Shown here: positions 16,359 through 26,347 of the stretch, in pieces | Position numbering within the stretch: the stretch's first letter is position 1 | How the letters are laid out: the number at the start of each line of letters is the position of its first letter | NCBI GenBank assembly: GCA_965222605.1 | Contig: OZ244960.1 | Location: 160,001 to 224,000 of the forward strand | Reading direction: 5' to 3' | DNA length: 64,000 nucleotides | DNA from: Candidatus Latescibacterota bacterium | GTDB taxonomy: Bacteria > Latescibacterota > UBA2968 | Program-made: the position numbers and the translations under genes | Notes under the pieces: model-generated | Databases searched by the model: none | Told to the model about the DNA's origin: nothing | What the model saw: only the letters and a program-made list of their open reading frames with translations

Positions 16359-19300
16359 TCACTCTCTTCCCCTCCTGGCGTGGAAGTGCCGCAGCACGCC
16401 ATCAAGCCGCACCTGGTAGTCCCAGCCCTCGTGAAAGGTCTCGTATATATGGACAAGCTGCGACTCACTGAGCCCGTAAAGGCGGGCAACCACGGCATCC
16501 AACTCGTGAATCATATCCTCCTTCTCATCATCCATAAGGGATCCATACTCTACACCGACTGCATCTGCCCAGGTGGAAAAACGATCGTCAGGGCATGCGA
16601 GACGCCCCGCGAGTTGTACGACACGCTGCCATAGCACACTGTCGCGGTCAGGGCGTGGGATTGGAAAAGGGTTAAAGACGAAAAAATTGACATGTGTCTC
16701 CACGAACCGTCTTGCGTACCAATCGAGAGGGATGGACGATAAAGTACCGAGCAAGAATGCCTGATCCTTCTCATCGCCGCGCGGCCAAAGCAGATACGGT
16801 GCCTGATTGGCAATGAACACCTCGGGTGGTACGAGCGCAATTCGTACTGTCCGCGAATCTGTAGCTCTTGAGACATCTCGAAAGGCTATCCTCGGCGCGA
16901 AGCACGGTAGGGTCTTTGTATCTCGCAAATGATGGGGCGAGAATTCCCCATGAGCACTGCGTGTGCTATTACCACCTCTCAATCGCTTACGTTGAATCCT
17001 CTGGCACACCGGTCCCGGATCGGCCCAGGCATAATAGGTGTCGGTATCGGGAGTCCACAGATCGAAGGACTCTCCTTTGTAAACCGGCCAAAAACCGTCG
17101 GGACATTCTTTGCTCTCAACATCCATAAGATGCTTGTCATTAGTGGCGTCGAGTTCCCGATCTGGCCGCGCTCGCCATTGACCTGCTACGTTTAAATCGA
17201 AACGAGGTGCCTTCCGGAGTTGTGCAAATACATCAACCGATTCTTCCGTTGGTAGCAATGGTAGCGAGGCACTGTCGTTCCAGTCGAGCACATCACGGTT
17301 GTAGAACGCAGCCGGTTCCTTTACAACGCCTCCAAAGAACTTAGCCTCCGTCGCGTAAGGACCTTGTAAATAGATTGATTCTTTTTGGGGTGCACCGTGT
17401 TTTACACATACAAGTCCAATCGAGTATTGCGGATGCACCTCTGGAAATACCCAGTTCCGATTGTTCACCAACATTGTCACATCCACCCACGCGGTCTTGT
17501 CGAACATCGTTTGCCGGAATTTCTCCGAGCCTTTAGCGGCGAGCGCGCTACGCGGCAACACAACACCGATGTGTCCTCCATCTGCCGCGGTCAAATGCCA
17601 GAATCGCCAGCAGAATGCCTTGTAGAGATCGGGATCCCCTGTTCCCATACCAGGAAAGGCTCCGCCCACCAGAACCTTGCGTATCCGCTCGGTCTCCTTC
17701 AACTCATCCTCGTAAAGCACGAGAAGATCGGACCGCTCTTCTCGCAGCCGAATTTTTTCCGCTTCCATCAGACGTTGCGAAAGAGAGCGCAGACCTGGAA
17801 AATGGCGTGCCCAAAAAGCGTGTTCCTCTATGGTCGCCTCTTGCCATGGTGGATTACCGAGAATCACATCAAAACCTGGCCGCTTGCGAAGGAAAACTTC
17901 CGGAAAGGCTACTGGAAAGTGAAGGACATCGAGGTCATCCAGATCTTGCCTTGCGATCTGTACCGCCTCCAATGCATCTGCATCATTCCCAAGATTCTCC
18001 CAGTTTTCGAAGGGAAAAAGGACCACCTTCGGGTCTTCGGAAATGGGCTGTGCTGCTATCAGATCGCAAAGTGCTTCTGTGCTGCGGATCGCCTCGCGGG
18101 CTTCTTCCAATGCCTCTCGAGCATCTGCGATGTCCTGCAAAGACGCATCGTTGATATTGGCAAGCCGCCTCAGCAGTCCCGCTGCCCTGCCCAGTAAGCT
18201 CTGTGCATCAACTGGAAACATTGGCAAAGAGAGTGCCTCGAATTTTTCCCTGATCTCGTCGAGAGTGCCGACACCGACCAGTGCATTGCCATGCACCAGA
18301 TTGTGATCCAGAAATGAGAGTGGTAGCCCGGGTACAAAGGTATGGATCCAGACTGCCAAACGCGCGAGCTGCACCGCAAGACCGTTGAGATCAACGCCGT
18401 AAATACAGCGCCGGGCAATCATGCGCCGCAACAACTGGCCGTCCTCTATTGTCGTGCTTTTATCAAGCTCCCCTAATTCGCCAAGGGCAACCGTGCGAAG
18501 CTTCTCAAGCTCCCTGCGAACGCCCGGCAGATTCCGCCCTGCGAGAAAATCTGCCAGGCGCTTCTCGATCCGATCAATGGCCCCAATCAGAAAGTGGCCC
18601 GAACCCATCGCAATATCGGCTACCCGGAAATCGAAGAATGCCTCGGCTGCATCCGTATCATCCAGGCTGTTAAGGCGGGCAAAATGATCAGTCAATGCTG
18701 GTTCCAGTGCACCGTTCAGTAAATGTTCGACAGCAAACGGCTTGGTGTAGTAGCTTCCCGACGACTTGCGCGCGCCGGATCGGTTGTGCAGATAGACCTC
18801 GCCCGTCAATACGTCTGGTGTCTCCCCCTCGCGTGCTGGGACGTAAATGGACTCTGTTTGCTGCTTTTTCTTTTGCTCTTTGAGGACAAGTTTGGTTTCC
18901 GCAACTGCCAGCTCGGATTCCAATAAGCCTTCATAGATCGTCCCGAACTCGCGCACGCCCAGTGAACGAAAATCAACCGGCCCGGGCACGCCTTCCGGGG
19001 TCTCGATAACCAAGAGGTGGCGAAGTGCTGTCTCAAAGCTCTCGTTTGGCAGCGTGATGGCGGCCAATTCTGCGCCTGTTTTCGAAACCTCTTCTTCGCT
19101 TGCGAATAGTCCACCGTCGTAGGCGGGTACGCTCCATTCGGTATTGCCCTCAGCCACAGCCTGCCAAAGCAAAGCGGTCTCTTGCCAATGGGAATCTCCT
19201 GTAGCAATCGGTTTGTCCTTGGCAACGAAGTCTGCCAGTTCTTGTGCTTTCTGTTTGAGTGATCGGCTCCGGTAAGCGTCGTTAAAACGATATGGCAGAA

Positions 19301-20408
19301 GATCGCGGTCTTCCGCGTAGGCGATAAACAAAAGCCGAAACAAAACAGTCAGTGCCATTTCGTAGGTAAGACTAATATCTTCCGGACTCGGTTTATCAAT
19401 GCCACGGGCTGCGGCAATACCCTGTGCAAGTTTAGGCACCACGTAGTTGTAAATGCGTTCGCGCAAACGCTCGGCGAGCTTGCCTGCGAAGCGCTGTGAT
19501 GCCTCCAATATCTCGTCCAAGCTACCTTTCGGTGTCAGGGCCTCGGCTGAATAGATCAGCCAGAGATACGGCAGATGCCCATCTGCCAGCAATGAAGGCT
19601 GGCATTCGACGTATGTCTCGGTACGACCGCGGCGGCCAACGCCTGCATCGACATTGGTCGCGTAGAGCCGAAGCCGGTTTCCTTGCGTCAGAACTACCCA
19701 GGGAAGGTTTTCGTCGTCTGCCTTTTTCAGCGCATAGCTGATCGGCGACAAACTATTGAACCGAGCAGATCCTGCCTCTGCCGACTCACTTTCTCGCAAC
19801 ATAACTGCAAGTGCAGTACGTTGGTCTCCGCTACGCAAAAGACTGGTCAGATTATCCAGAGGCTCAACTCGAAAACCCAGCGCGTCCAACAGGTCGCGAT
19901 CACGCTTGTTTAACGCAGCGTGCGCCTTGCGTTTGGCATCGGCCCAGTCCGGACGTTTCGGTACGCCATGCTCTAATTCGTGGAGGGCGAGCAAGCCTTC
20001 GTTGGTTAGACCTGGTAGGGCTGTTTCCAGGGATGGCAGAGCCTGAGACAACAAACGAAGTGCAGCGTGTCGGTCGGGTTGGCCGAGTGCCTCGCGGCAC
20101 AGGCGTTCGACCTGTCCCACATCCATATCTTTATAGACTGGCGGTATTTCGCCTGTTGCTCCGGTGATCAATGCACCACCCGGGTGTAGAACGATCAGGA
20201 GTAACGGTGCCGCGCGCCGTCCTTTACGGGCTTTCCATGTCATTGTCAAAGTCGCTGGGGAAGGCTGGTTGGCTGCTCGTGCTACGGCAACCTCAAGTCC
20301 ATTCGTACCTTGACCGATAAACAGGCCCACTGACTGTAGGCCAGACTTTCCATCCGGCGACCACGGTCGAGATAAAATATCTGAAAGAAACTCTACTTCG
20401 TCCGACAT
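16359..20408 (-). CDS. Large N6-adenine DNA methyltransferase (Eco57I/type IIG/DrmMI-like)
   Basis: RLLFIAYAEDR, REFGTIYEGLLE, RKSSGSYYT, DIAMGSGHFL, IYGVD, VILGNPPW; 1349 aa. Confidence 0.9.
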   Translation of the reverse strand: MSDEVEFLSDILSRPWSPDGKSGLQSVGLFIGQGTNGLEVAVARAANQPSPATLTMTWKARKGRRAAPLLLIVLHPGGALITGATGEIPPVYKDMDVGQVERLCREALGQPDRHAALRLLSQALPSLETALPGLTNEGLLALHELEHGVPKRPDWADAKRKAHAALNKRDRDLLDALGFRVEPLDNLTSLLRSGDQRTALAVMLRESESAEAGSARFNSLSPISYALKKADDENLPWVVLTQGNRLRLYATNVDAGVGRRGRTETYVECQPSLLADGHLPYLWLIYSAEALTPKGSLDEILEASQRFAGKLAERLRERIYNYVVPKLAQGIAAARGIDKPSPEDISLTYEMALTVLFRLLFIAYAEDRDLLPYRFNDAYRSRSLKQKAQELADFVAKDKPIATGDSHWQETALLWQAVAEGNTEWSVPAYDGGLFASEEEVSKTGAELAAITLPNESFETALRHLLVIETPEGVPGPVDFRSLGVREFGTIYEGLLESELAVAETKLVLKEQKKKQQTESIYVPAREGETPDVLTGEVYLHNRSGARKSSGSYYTKPFAVEHLLNGALEPALTDHFARLNSLDDTDAAEAFFDFRVADIAMGSGHFLIGAIDRIEKRLADFLAGRNLPGVRRELEKLRTVALGELGELDKSTTIEDGQLLRRMIARRCIYGVDLNGLAVQLARLAVWIHTFVPGLPLSFLDHNLVHGNALVGVGTLDEIREKFEALSLPMFPVDAQSLLGRAAGLLRRLANINDASLQDIADAREALEEAREAIRSTEALCDLIAAQPISEDPKVVLFPFENWENLGNDADALEAVQIARQDLDDLDVLHFPVAFPEVFLRKRPGFDVILGNPPWQEATIEEHAFWARHFPGLRSLSQRLMEAEKIRLREERSDLLVLYEDELKETERIRKVLVGGAFPGMGTGDPDLYKAFCWRFWHLTAADGGHIGVVLPRSALAAKGSEKFRQTMFDKTAWVDVTMLVNNRNWVFPEVHPQYSIGLVCVKHGAPQKESIYLQGPYATEAKFFGGVVKEPAAFYNRDVLDWNDSASLPLLPTEESVDVFAQLRKAPRFDLNVAGQWRARPDRELDATNDKHLMDVESKECPDGFWPVYKGESFDLWTPDTDTYYAWADPGPVCQRIQRKRLRGGNSTRSAHGEFSPHHLRDTKTLPCFAPRIAFRDVSRATDSRTVRIALVPPEVFIANQAPYLLWPRGDEKDQAFLLGTLSSIPLDWYARRFVETHVNFFVFNPFPIPRPDRDSVLWQRVVQLAGRLACPDDRFSTWADAVGVEYGSLMDDEKEDMIHELDAVVARLYGLSESQLVHIYETFHEGWDYQVRLDGVLRHFHARRGRE

Positions 20409-20423
20409 ATTACTCCTCTTTTG

Positions 20424-21906
20424 TTATGCCCCTGCATATACAAACTCTTTGTTTTCGAAAATCCTTTTCTCGTCATTCCATACCAAAGGCAATTCATCTG
20501 TACAGGCTCGAGAAAGAAAAATCTCGAGATCTTGGCTTTTATCCAAAGAGTCACTTAGATTATTAGGCTTGCCATTGTGGCCATAGACAATGCAGATTTC
20601 ACGGTTCGCCAAAATACTACGGATTCTCTTTTTTAAGCACGCCATTGTCATAGGATGGAGGGAAAGCCCCAAACTTAAAAAGAAAGATTCGTAATATGTC
20701 GTAGAATGGAAATCATCGATTTTACTATGAAAAACCATAGACTGATAATACCAGTCCCGAAACTCTCTATCAGAAATCATTGAATCCTTCGTCAACCTAT
20801 CTCGCACAGTTTTAAGACTCTGGCGGATATCGACCAACAACGGCTTATAATCTTCACACTGGGGTAAAGAAAGCCTGTGAGTTACGTGTTCAATTTTATC
20901 AATAATTTTACATATTTTCTCACGCTCATCAGCACTGCGTTCTCTGTTTTTTTCGTAGTCTAAATCATCATTAATATCGTCTCCAACATCGCCTTTATCA
21001 TTACATATCAACTCACCTTTTCTATCTCTCTCCATTCCATCTAATAAAAATTCTCCCAAAAGTTCAAGGTATGCAACGAGCATCCGCCAGTCATTATCAT
21101 AGCGGGCAAGGTGGGAAAAAGCGTTTAGATAATTTCCATACCTGCCGCCCCAAGCACACATGTCTTTACGTATCCTTTGATCCAGTTTTTCGGCTTTCTG
21201 ATCATTAGCATCATAGCCCCAGAATGATCGGGTGATACCGGATATTTTATTCCATAGCCTGTCCTCTATTTTCGGTCTAACTTGGCCGGGGCCCACTGTC
21301 TCCCGCATCAGAATATCAATAGCAGCAGAGACTATCTCAATCATAGCATATACACTTACTTTTCCTTTGACCCCCTCACTCCCTTCGTTAGGGATATACC
21401 TCCATGAGGTGTAGTCCGATCCCATTTGTTCCAGGAACTCATCTACACTATCCACAGGTGTTTCGGTGTTTTTATTCTTTCCATCAATCTGTTTATATTT
21501 CCATTTATATTTTATGTGGAGATCGAACTCGTAATCTCCCATAGCTTCGCCTATCGTGCTCGGAGATTTGTCAGGAATGGCGATGTAGTTGTGAAGGGAT
21601 TGAAATTCTTTATACCTCTCCCGTATAAAATCCTTGTCACCTGATTTCAGTAAGCAAAAAAGATATGACAGATTATGCTGATATTGGGGCGGAATATCGG
21701 CACTATTTCCCCTGAGATCTTTAAGCACTTTAAAACTTTGCTCTATTATAAGGGTACAAGCAAGTTACTGGCATCCAGGCATTTAAATTTTCATACTCTG
21801 CATACATATTCTGGCGCAGCGGATTTTTGCCCAGGTAGTCGCGTACTATATCTAAACACTGGTCAAGATTGCGTGCAGCACGTAGGGGGGCGATAATTTT
21901 TTTCAT
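20424..21906 (-). pseudogene. HEPN-like protein with a +1 frameshift near 21753
   Basis: ATG 21906 (RBS AGGA) MKKIIAPL...AWMPVTCLY joins LIIEQSFKVL...HNLSYLF...YTSWRY if one C is removed; span 1483 nt = 3n+1; AT-rich. Confidence 0.6.
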
Positions 21907-22090
21907 TTTATCCTATCTTCTATTACAAAAAAAGCGGGAGAAACCTGAACCTTGTGCTTCCCTCGCGTATGGTGTCACTTGCATTTCAAATCAAGGCTGG
22001 GACGATTTCCAAAAGAGATATTGTCAAATGCCGTGAATGGAATTGGCACATCCTCTGAGAAGCTGGTTCTGGGATCAAGGTGATTTACCC

Positions 22091-22333
22091 AACTCCTTCC
22101 ACAGCCGCACGGTGAACCGGTTTTCTTCCTCGACAAAGTCAGGCTCGGTGTTATTGTGGGCACGCATACCCGGAATAATTTTGTTCCGTACGCCCATGCC
22201 TCGAGCGTCAACATAACCGTAGTCGCGCATGATATTGACCAATGTCTGATTGCGAGCGTATCGCATGCCGGACTTCATCCCGTCTATTGTCACAGTATTG
22301 GGCAATCTGCCGGGACTCTGAATCTCAAGGCGG
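22091..22333 (-). repeat. 243-bp duplicate of the 3' end of the Schlafen-HATPase gene
   Basis: Near-identical to 24667..24909 (RLEIQSPGRLPN...FTVRLWKEL). Confidence 0.92.
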
Positions 22334-22449
22334 GTTGTGGCATTACTATTTCCTATCTTTTCAATGACTGGTGGTTTTGGCAATCGAATAACAACAGCAG
22401 AGCGCAGGGCTCGAGTATAGTCGAGTAAACTCTTTTTGACTTACAATCG

Positions 22450-23841
22450 TTAGTCGCTGGCTTCCAGGCGCGGTGTTCGCTGAAGTTCGGGGGCAGCGAG
22501 CGTTTCGGGATGTACAGCGAGTTCATCGATTTGAGGAATGTCTTTGCCCTTGGTGATACCGCGGTCTTCAAGTTTACGGGTATGTGGAAATACAGTGCGG
22601 TTGAGGGAACGAATGCTTTTGTTGTGGGCATCAACAGCCTTATCGAGATTCACACCAACCCTATTGACATGTTCAAGATAGATGCGAAAACGGTCATAGA
22701 GTTCGGCGGCAGTATCAGAAATGTTGCGTGCATCGGTTTGGAGGCGTTGTTCACGCCAGGCGAGGGCGACCGTGCGAAGAAAGGCAATCAGATTCAATGG
22801 CGTAGCCATAAGGACTTTATGCTGTTGCCATGCTTCCTCCCACAATGCAGGTCGTGTATTGAGGGCAGCGTCCAAAATACCGTCGGCACCGATGAACATG
22901 ACAACGAAATCGGGTGAGCCTTCAACCCAATGGGAGTAGTCACGGCGTTTGAGTTCGCGAGCATGTCCCATGAGTGCGCTGGCATGGCGATCGAGCAACT
23001 TCCGCTGAGTATCGGGATCTGTTGTGTTGCGTGCTTCAAAGTAGGATTCGAAAGGGGTTTTGGAATCAACCACCACCCGTACACCGCCAGGGATGTTGAC
23101 GATTAGATCTGGGCGGATGTCGCTTGCTTCGTCAAGCGTAGTGGTAGTTTCCTGAGTAACGAAGCTGACGTGTTCGGTCATGCCTGCAAACTCAATAATG
23201 TTGCGTAGTTCCTGCTCACCCCAGTAACCGCGGACATTGGAGGAGCGCAGTGCCTCGCGCAGGTTACCCGTTTCACTACTAAGCTGGCCTATTTGCTGTT
23301 GAATGTTCGTGATGCTTTCATGAACCTGGGCGTACGCGCCTTCGCGGGCTTTTTCGATCTCACCGACGCGCTGCTGCAATTTCTCAAGCGATTCGCCAAC
23401 GGGCTTGACGAGGCTGTCAACTGCCACTTGACGTTTTTCAAGGTCGGTGACGGCGAGTTCTCGTTGCTGCAGGAAGTTCTCCTGGGCCTGTTTGCGAAAC
23501 TCCTCGCTGTTGGACTTGAAGATATCTGCGGCCAGTCCCTTGAAGCGTTCATCAAGTTCTTGTAACCGTTGTTCGTGATTTTTCCGTTCGGTATCTCGTT
23601 CAGCAACTGCTGCTTTGAATTGTGCTTCGCTCTCACTCAGTTTCGCTTGGAGGCCGTCGCGCTGGGCCTCAATGCGCGTGCGTTCTCCGACCTCGCTATC
23701 AACGGAGTTAGCGTGTACGTCGCGTTCAGCCTCAGCTCGTGCAAGTGCTTCACGGGCGTTAGTCACTTGGGTTTTGGCGCGAGACCATGCGATCAATGCG
23801 CCAAGGGCGAGTAACGCGAGGATAATTAAGGTTATTTCCAT
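22450..23841 (-). CDS. rmuC: DNA recombination protein RmuC family
   Basis: N-terminal TM plus coiled coil; EKAREGAY, RGYWGEQ, RPDLIV, VDSK, SPDFVVMF, ATP. Confidence 0.9.
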   Translation of the reverse strand: MEITLIILALLALGALIAWSRAKTQVTNAREALARAEAERDVHANSVDSEVGERTRIEAQRDGLQAKLSESEAQFKAAVAERDTERKNHEQRLQELDERFKGLAADIFKSNSEEFRKQAQENFLQQRELAVTDLEKRQVAVDSLVKPVGESLEKLQQRVGEIEKAREGAYAQVHESITNIQQQIGQLSSETGNLREALRSSNVRGYWGEQELRNIIEFAGMTEHVSFVTQETTTTLDEASDIRPDLIVNIPGGVRVVVDSKTPFESYFEARNTTDPDTQRKLLDRHASALMGHARELKRRDYSHWVEGSPDFVVMFIGADGILDAALNTRPALWEEAWQQHKVLMATPLNLIAFLRTVALAWREQRLQTDARNISDTAAELYDRFRIYLEHVNRVGVNLDKAVDAHNKSIRSLNRTVFPHTRKLEDRGITKGKDIPQIDELAVHPETLAAPELQRTPRLEASD

Positions 23842-23882
23842 TGTGATTCCTTTTATTTAACTGCGGCGGTGTGGAACGGGAA

Positions 23883-24258
23883 TCATATCTGCTCCTCAGC
23901 CCATTGGACGACGGCTTCGGCAATCACTATCGCTTCCCGATACTCGGCTTCGGAAACGGGCCTGATTTCGCCAGGATAGCGCGTGATGGTGGCGTATTTG
24001 GTCAATAGACTGGCTCGACTGATCGTCGCTGGTATGGACTCTCCCCCTTCTTTGAGCAGTGATAACAGGCGGGCCAAGTCATGCACGTAAGGAAACTCGA
24101 TATTGCACGCGATCATCACGCCCTTGATAGCCTTTTCGGCTGCCTGCTGTGCGTTGAAGCATAAATTTTCGAGATAGACGCCGGGCACCTGGCTCTTTGC
24201 TTGAGTTAGGTCGCTTCGGGCGCGGATCATCAGGCGGAAAGCGTTCAGGGAGATTCAT
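23883..24258 (-). pseudogene. HEPN domain toxin with N-terminal frameshifting deletion
   Basis: LCFNAQQAAEKAIK, PYVHDL, TRYPG; MNLPERFPPDDPR from ATG 24258 is out of frame with RARSDL (span 376 nt). Confidence 0.8.
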
Positions 24259-24559
24259 AGACCACCTTTCCTTCCTGCAGCGCTGGCTTGATGATCAGCG
24301 CGTGACTGTTCTTGTAGCGCTCGACGGCTTGGGGCGTGACCACGAAGGCATCAACGGCCGCACCTACTCCGTGCAGATTCTGGTAAATCTGTCCCATGAG
24401 ATCAAGTGGATCCACACCCTCCTTGACGATGAGCAGATCAACATCGCTATGGCGGTTCATGTCGCCTCGGGCGGCAGACCCAAAAAGGATAATCCGCTCG
24501 GGATCAGCCACTTCCACAATTCGACTGATGATGTTGTCCAAAATCGTTTGATCTAGCAT
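24245..24559 (-). CDS. Minimal nucleotidyltransferase (MNT) antitoxin
   Basis: IILFGSAARG...SDVDLL motif; overlaps the HEPN start. Confidence 0.9.
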   Translation of the reverse strand: MLDQTILDNIISRIVEVADPERIILFGSAARGDMNRHSDVDLLIVKEGVDPLDLMGQIYQNLHGVGAAVDAFVVTPQAVERYKNSHALIIKPALQEGKVVYESP

Positions 24560-24626
24560 CGCGCTGTCCTTTGTAAAAAATCAAATCTTTTGCTCCGAAA
24601 CTTCAGAATATGTCTTCAAATCCTAG

Positions 24627-25883
24627 TTACCGTCCGTCAAAGTGACTGATACCTGGCGTGTCCTCTAACTCCTTCCAAAGCCGCACGGTGAACCGGTTTT
24701 CTTCCTCGATAAAGTCAGGCTCGGTGTTATTGTGAGCACGCATACCTAAAATAATTTTGTTCCGCACGCCCATGCCTCGAGCGTCAACGTAGCCGTAGTC
24801 GCGCATGATATTGACCAGCGTCTGATTGCGCGCGTAGCGCATGCCCGACTTCATCCCGTCTATTGTCACAGTATTGGGCAATCTGCCAGGACTCTGAATC
24901 TCAAGGCGGTCAGAATAGATAGCCAACATGATGTCCGTGCCCGAAATGCTGTAATCGCGGTGAACGAGCGCGTTCACCACGGCTTCTCGAATCACAATTT
25001 CCGGATATTCCCAGCGGTCAATCCTCCGACCACCCTCGATACGGGCCGTTGGCGTCGTGTTGCGACGTACAAAGTCCCATGCCTGCTCGACAAGGCCAGC
25101 TTCGACTATACTCTCGTTGGCACCTTTCAGCGGAACCATCGGGCCGCGCAGATCCTCATCGGTGCGGGTTGCGTAATCGGGGTCAGGCCCCGGATAACAG
25201 ATCGCGCGGATCCCCGATTGGGGCACGTACCTGTTCGGATTTTTTCCAAAGAGAAGCAACCCATCAATGGTCGCAACGTGCTGGGCGCCGGACACGGTCA
25301 TCAGTTCAATATTTCGCAACAGCGTTTCCCAACCATCGAAATCTTCTGTTGCTGGGGCTGGCCCGCCGATAACCTGAATCAGGTAATCGCGCAGACGGCG
25401 AAGGTCCAAAGCGTCGAGACTTGCGCCTGGCACGGGCTTCGAACCATATCGCAAGTGGCCCGACTTCTGGTATATCCGCTCGAGCTCCTCTCGGCACTCT
25501 TCTCGGGAGGTTTTACCAATACGGATGTAATAGGTTCTGCGACCGCCGTGGACGCATGCATACGGCTTATCTGGACCACGCGCGATAGAAACAGCGAGAA
25601 CATCCCGGTTTGGCTCGGCATTTTTCACCCACAAGAGAATCGGGACGGTCGGCGGGTTGATCTTGACGCGGCAAAGTTCGCTCACCCACTCCTCAAGACG
25701 CTCCCGGGTCGTACCGGAAATACGCCCATCGTCTTCGACGCCGAGCAGAACAGTACCCCCTTCCAGATTGAGGAAAGCCACCAGTTCCTTAGCCAGAGCG
25801 TGATTCTGGATATCGTCCCGTTTGAACTCCAGGATAGAATTCTCCCCATTGTGGATCAGGTCAATCAACTCGGTGCGGTTCAT
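24627..25883 (-). CDS. Schlafen/AlbA_2 domain plus HATPase-like (RecG C-terminal-like) protein
   Basis: GENSILEFK, ELVAFLN.EGGTVLLGVEDDG; REAVVNALVHRDY; SPGRLP; RNQTL. Confidence 0.9.
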   Translation of the reverse strand: MNRTELIDLIHNGENSILEFKRDDIQNHALAKELVAFLNLEGGTVLLGVEDDGRISGTTRERLEEWVSELCRVKINPPTVPILLWVKNAEPNRDVLAVSIARGPDKPYACVHGGRRTYYIRIGKTSREECREELERIYQKSGHLRYGSKPVPGASLDALDLRRLRDYLIQVIGGPAPATEDFDGWETLLRNIELMTVSGAQHVATIDGLLLFGKNPNRYVPQSGIRAICYPGPDPDYATRTDEDLRGPMVPLKGANESIVEAGLVEQAWDFVRRNTTPTARIEGGRRIDRWEYPEIVIREAVVNALVHRDYSISGTDIMLAIYSDRLEIQSPGRLPNTVTIDGMKSGMRYARNQTLVNIMRDYGYVDARGMGVRNKIILGMRAHNNTEPDFIEEENRFTVRLWKELEDTPGISHFDGR

Positions 25884-25976
25884 GCTATCTCCTCTGCTGC
25901 AGCTCAAAGGCATTTATGCCTCCTTCGAGAAGATCCTCCACCATCTCCCCCACAGGTTGCGCGTCGATTGACCCCA

Positions 25977-26120
25977 TCATGATGATAGCACATGGGTTTC
26001 GATAACGATTGATCGATCAGATAGGCCGACGGTCTCGAGTTCTGATGTCAATAGTCCAATGTAGTTTTCTTCGAGCCAATCGGCGACCATCTGATCTGGG
26101 GCGTCAATATAGGCGTTGTT
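25977..26120 (-). pseudogene. 3' gene remnant resembling a DnaA N-terminal-like domain
   Basis: YIDAPDQMVADWLEENYIGLL; no proper start. Confidence 0.35.
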
Positions 26121-26148
26121 GGAGGTATTCCTGACAAAACATGGAAAT

Positions 26149-26205
26149 TGTCCCTATTGAGATAGACAATTGTGAGAATGTGTCCCTATTAAGATAGACA
26201 ATTGT
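26149..26205. repeat. Two 25-bp direct repeats with 32-bp period
   Basis: TGTCCCTATTGAGATAGACAATTGT (26149-26173) and TGTCCCTATTAAGATAGACAATTGT (26181-26205). Confidence 0.85.
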
Positions 26206-26259
26206 AGGATTATGTCTATAACTGCGGAGGCATCTGTGAAGTAACATTACCAAATTAAA

Positions 26260-26288
26260 TAGGGCAGACCTTTTGTGGCCTGCCCTAC
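26260..26288 (-). repeat. GTAG-type REP-like hairpin, possibly a terminator
   Basis: Minus strand GTAGGGCAGGCC-ACAAAA-GGTCTGCCCTA downstream of the ABC ATPase. Confidence 0.55.
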
Positions 26289-26347
26289 TGTTGGGATTAT
26301 TTTGCTTGAGGCGAACCCGTGAACGCCTTAAAGCTATGTAAAACAAG

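Noticed and set aside
16358-16498. 47-aa N-terminal extension of the helicase
   Set aside because: Overlaps the MTase 3' end; the ATG at 16357 is coupled to the MTase stop
24960-25982. Long antisense ORFs (340 aa here; also 2851-3546, 17385-18197, 51774-52754)
   Set aside because: Shadows of well-supported genes on the opposite strand, without motifs
1-26300. Integron cassette array driven by the recombinase at 817
   Set aside because: No recurring attC-like palindromes, and the recombinase lacks the IntI-specific insertion
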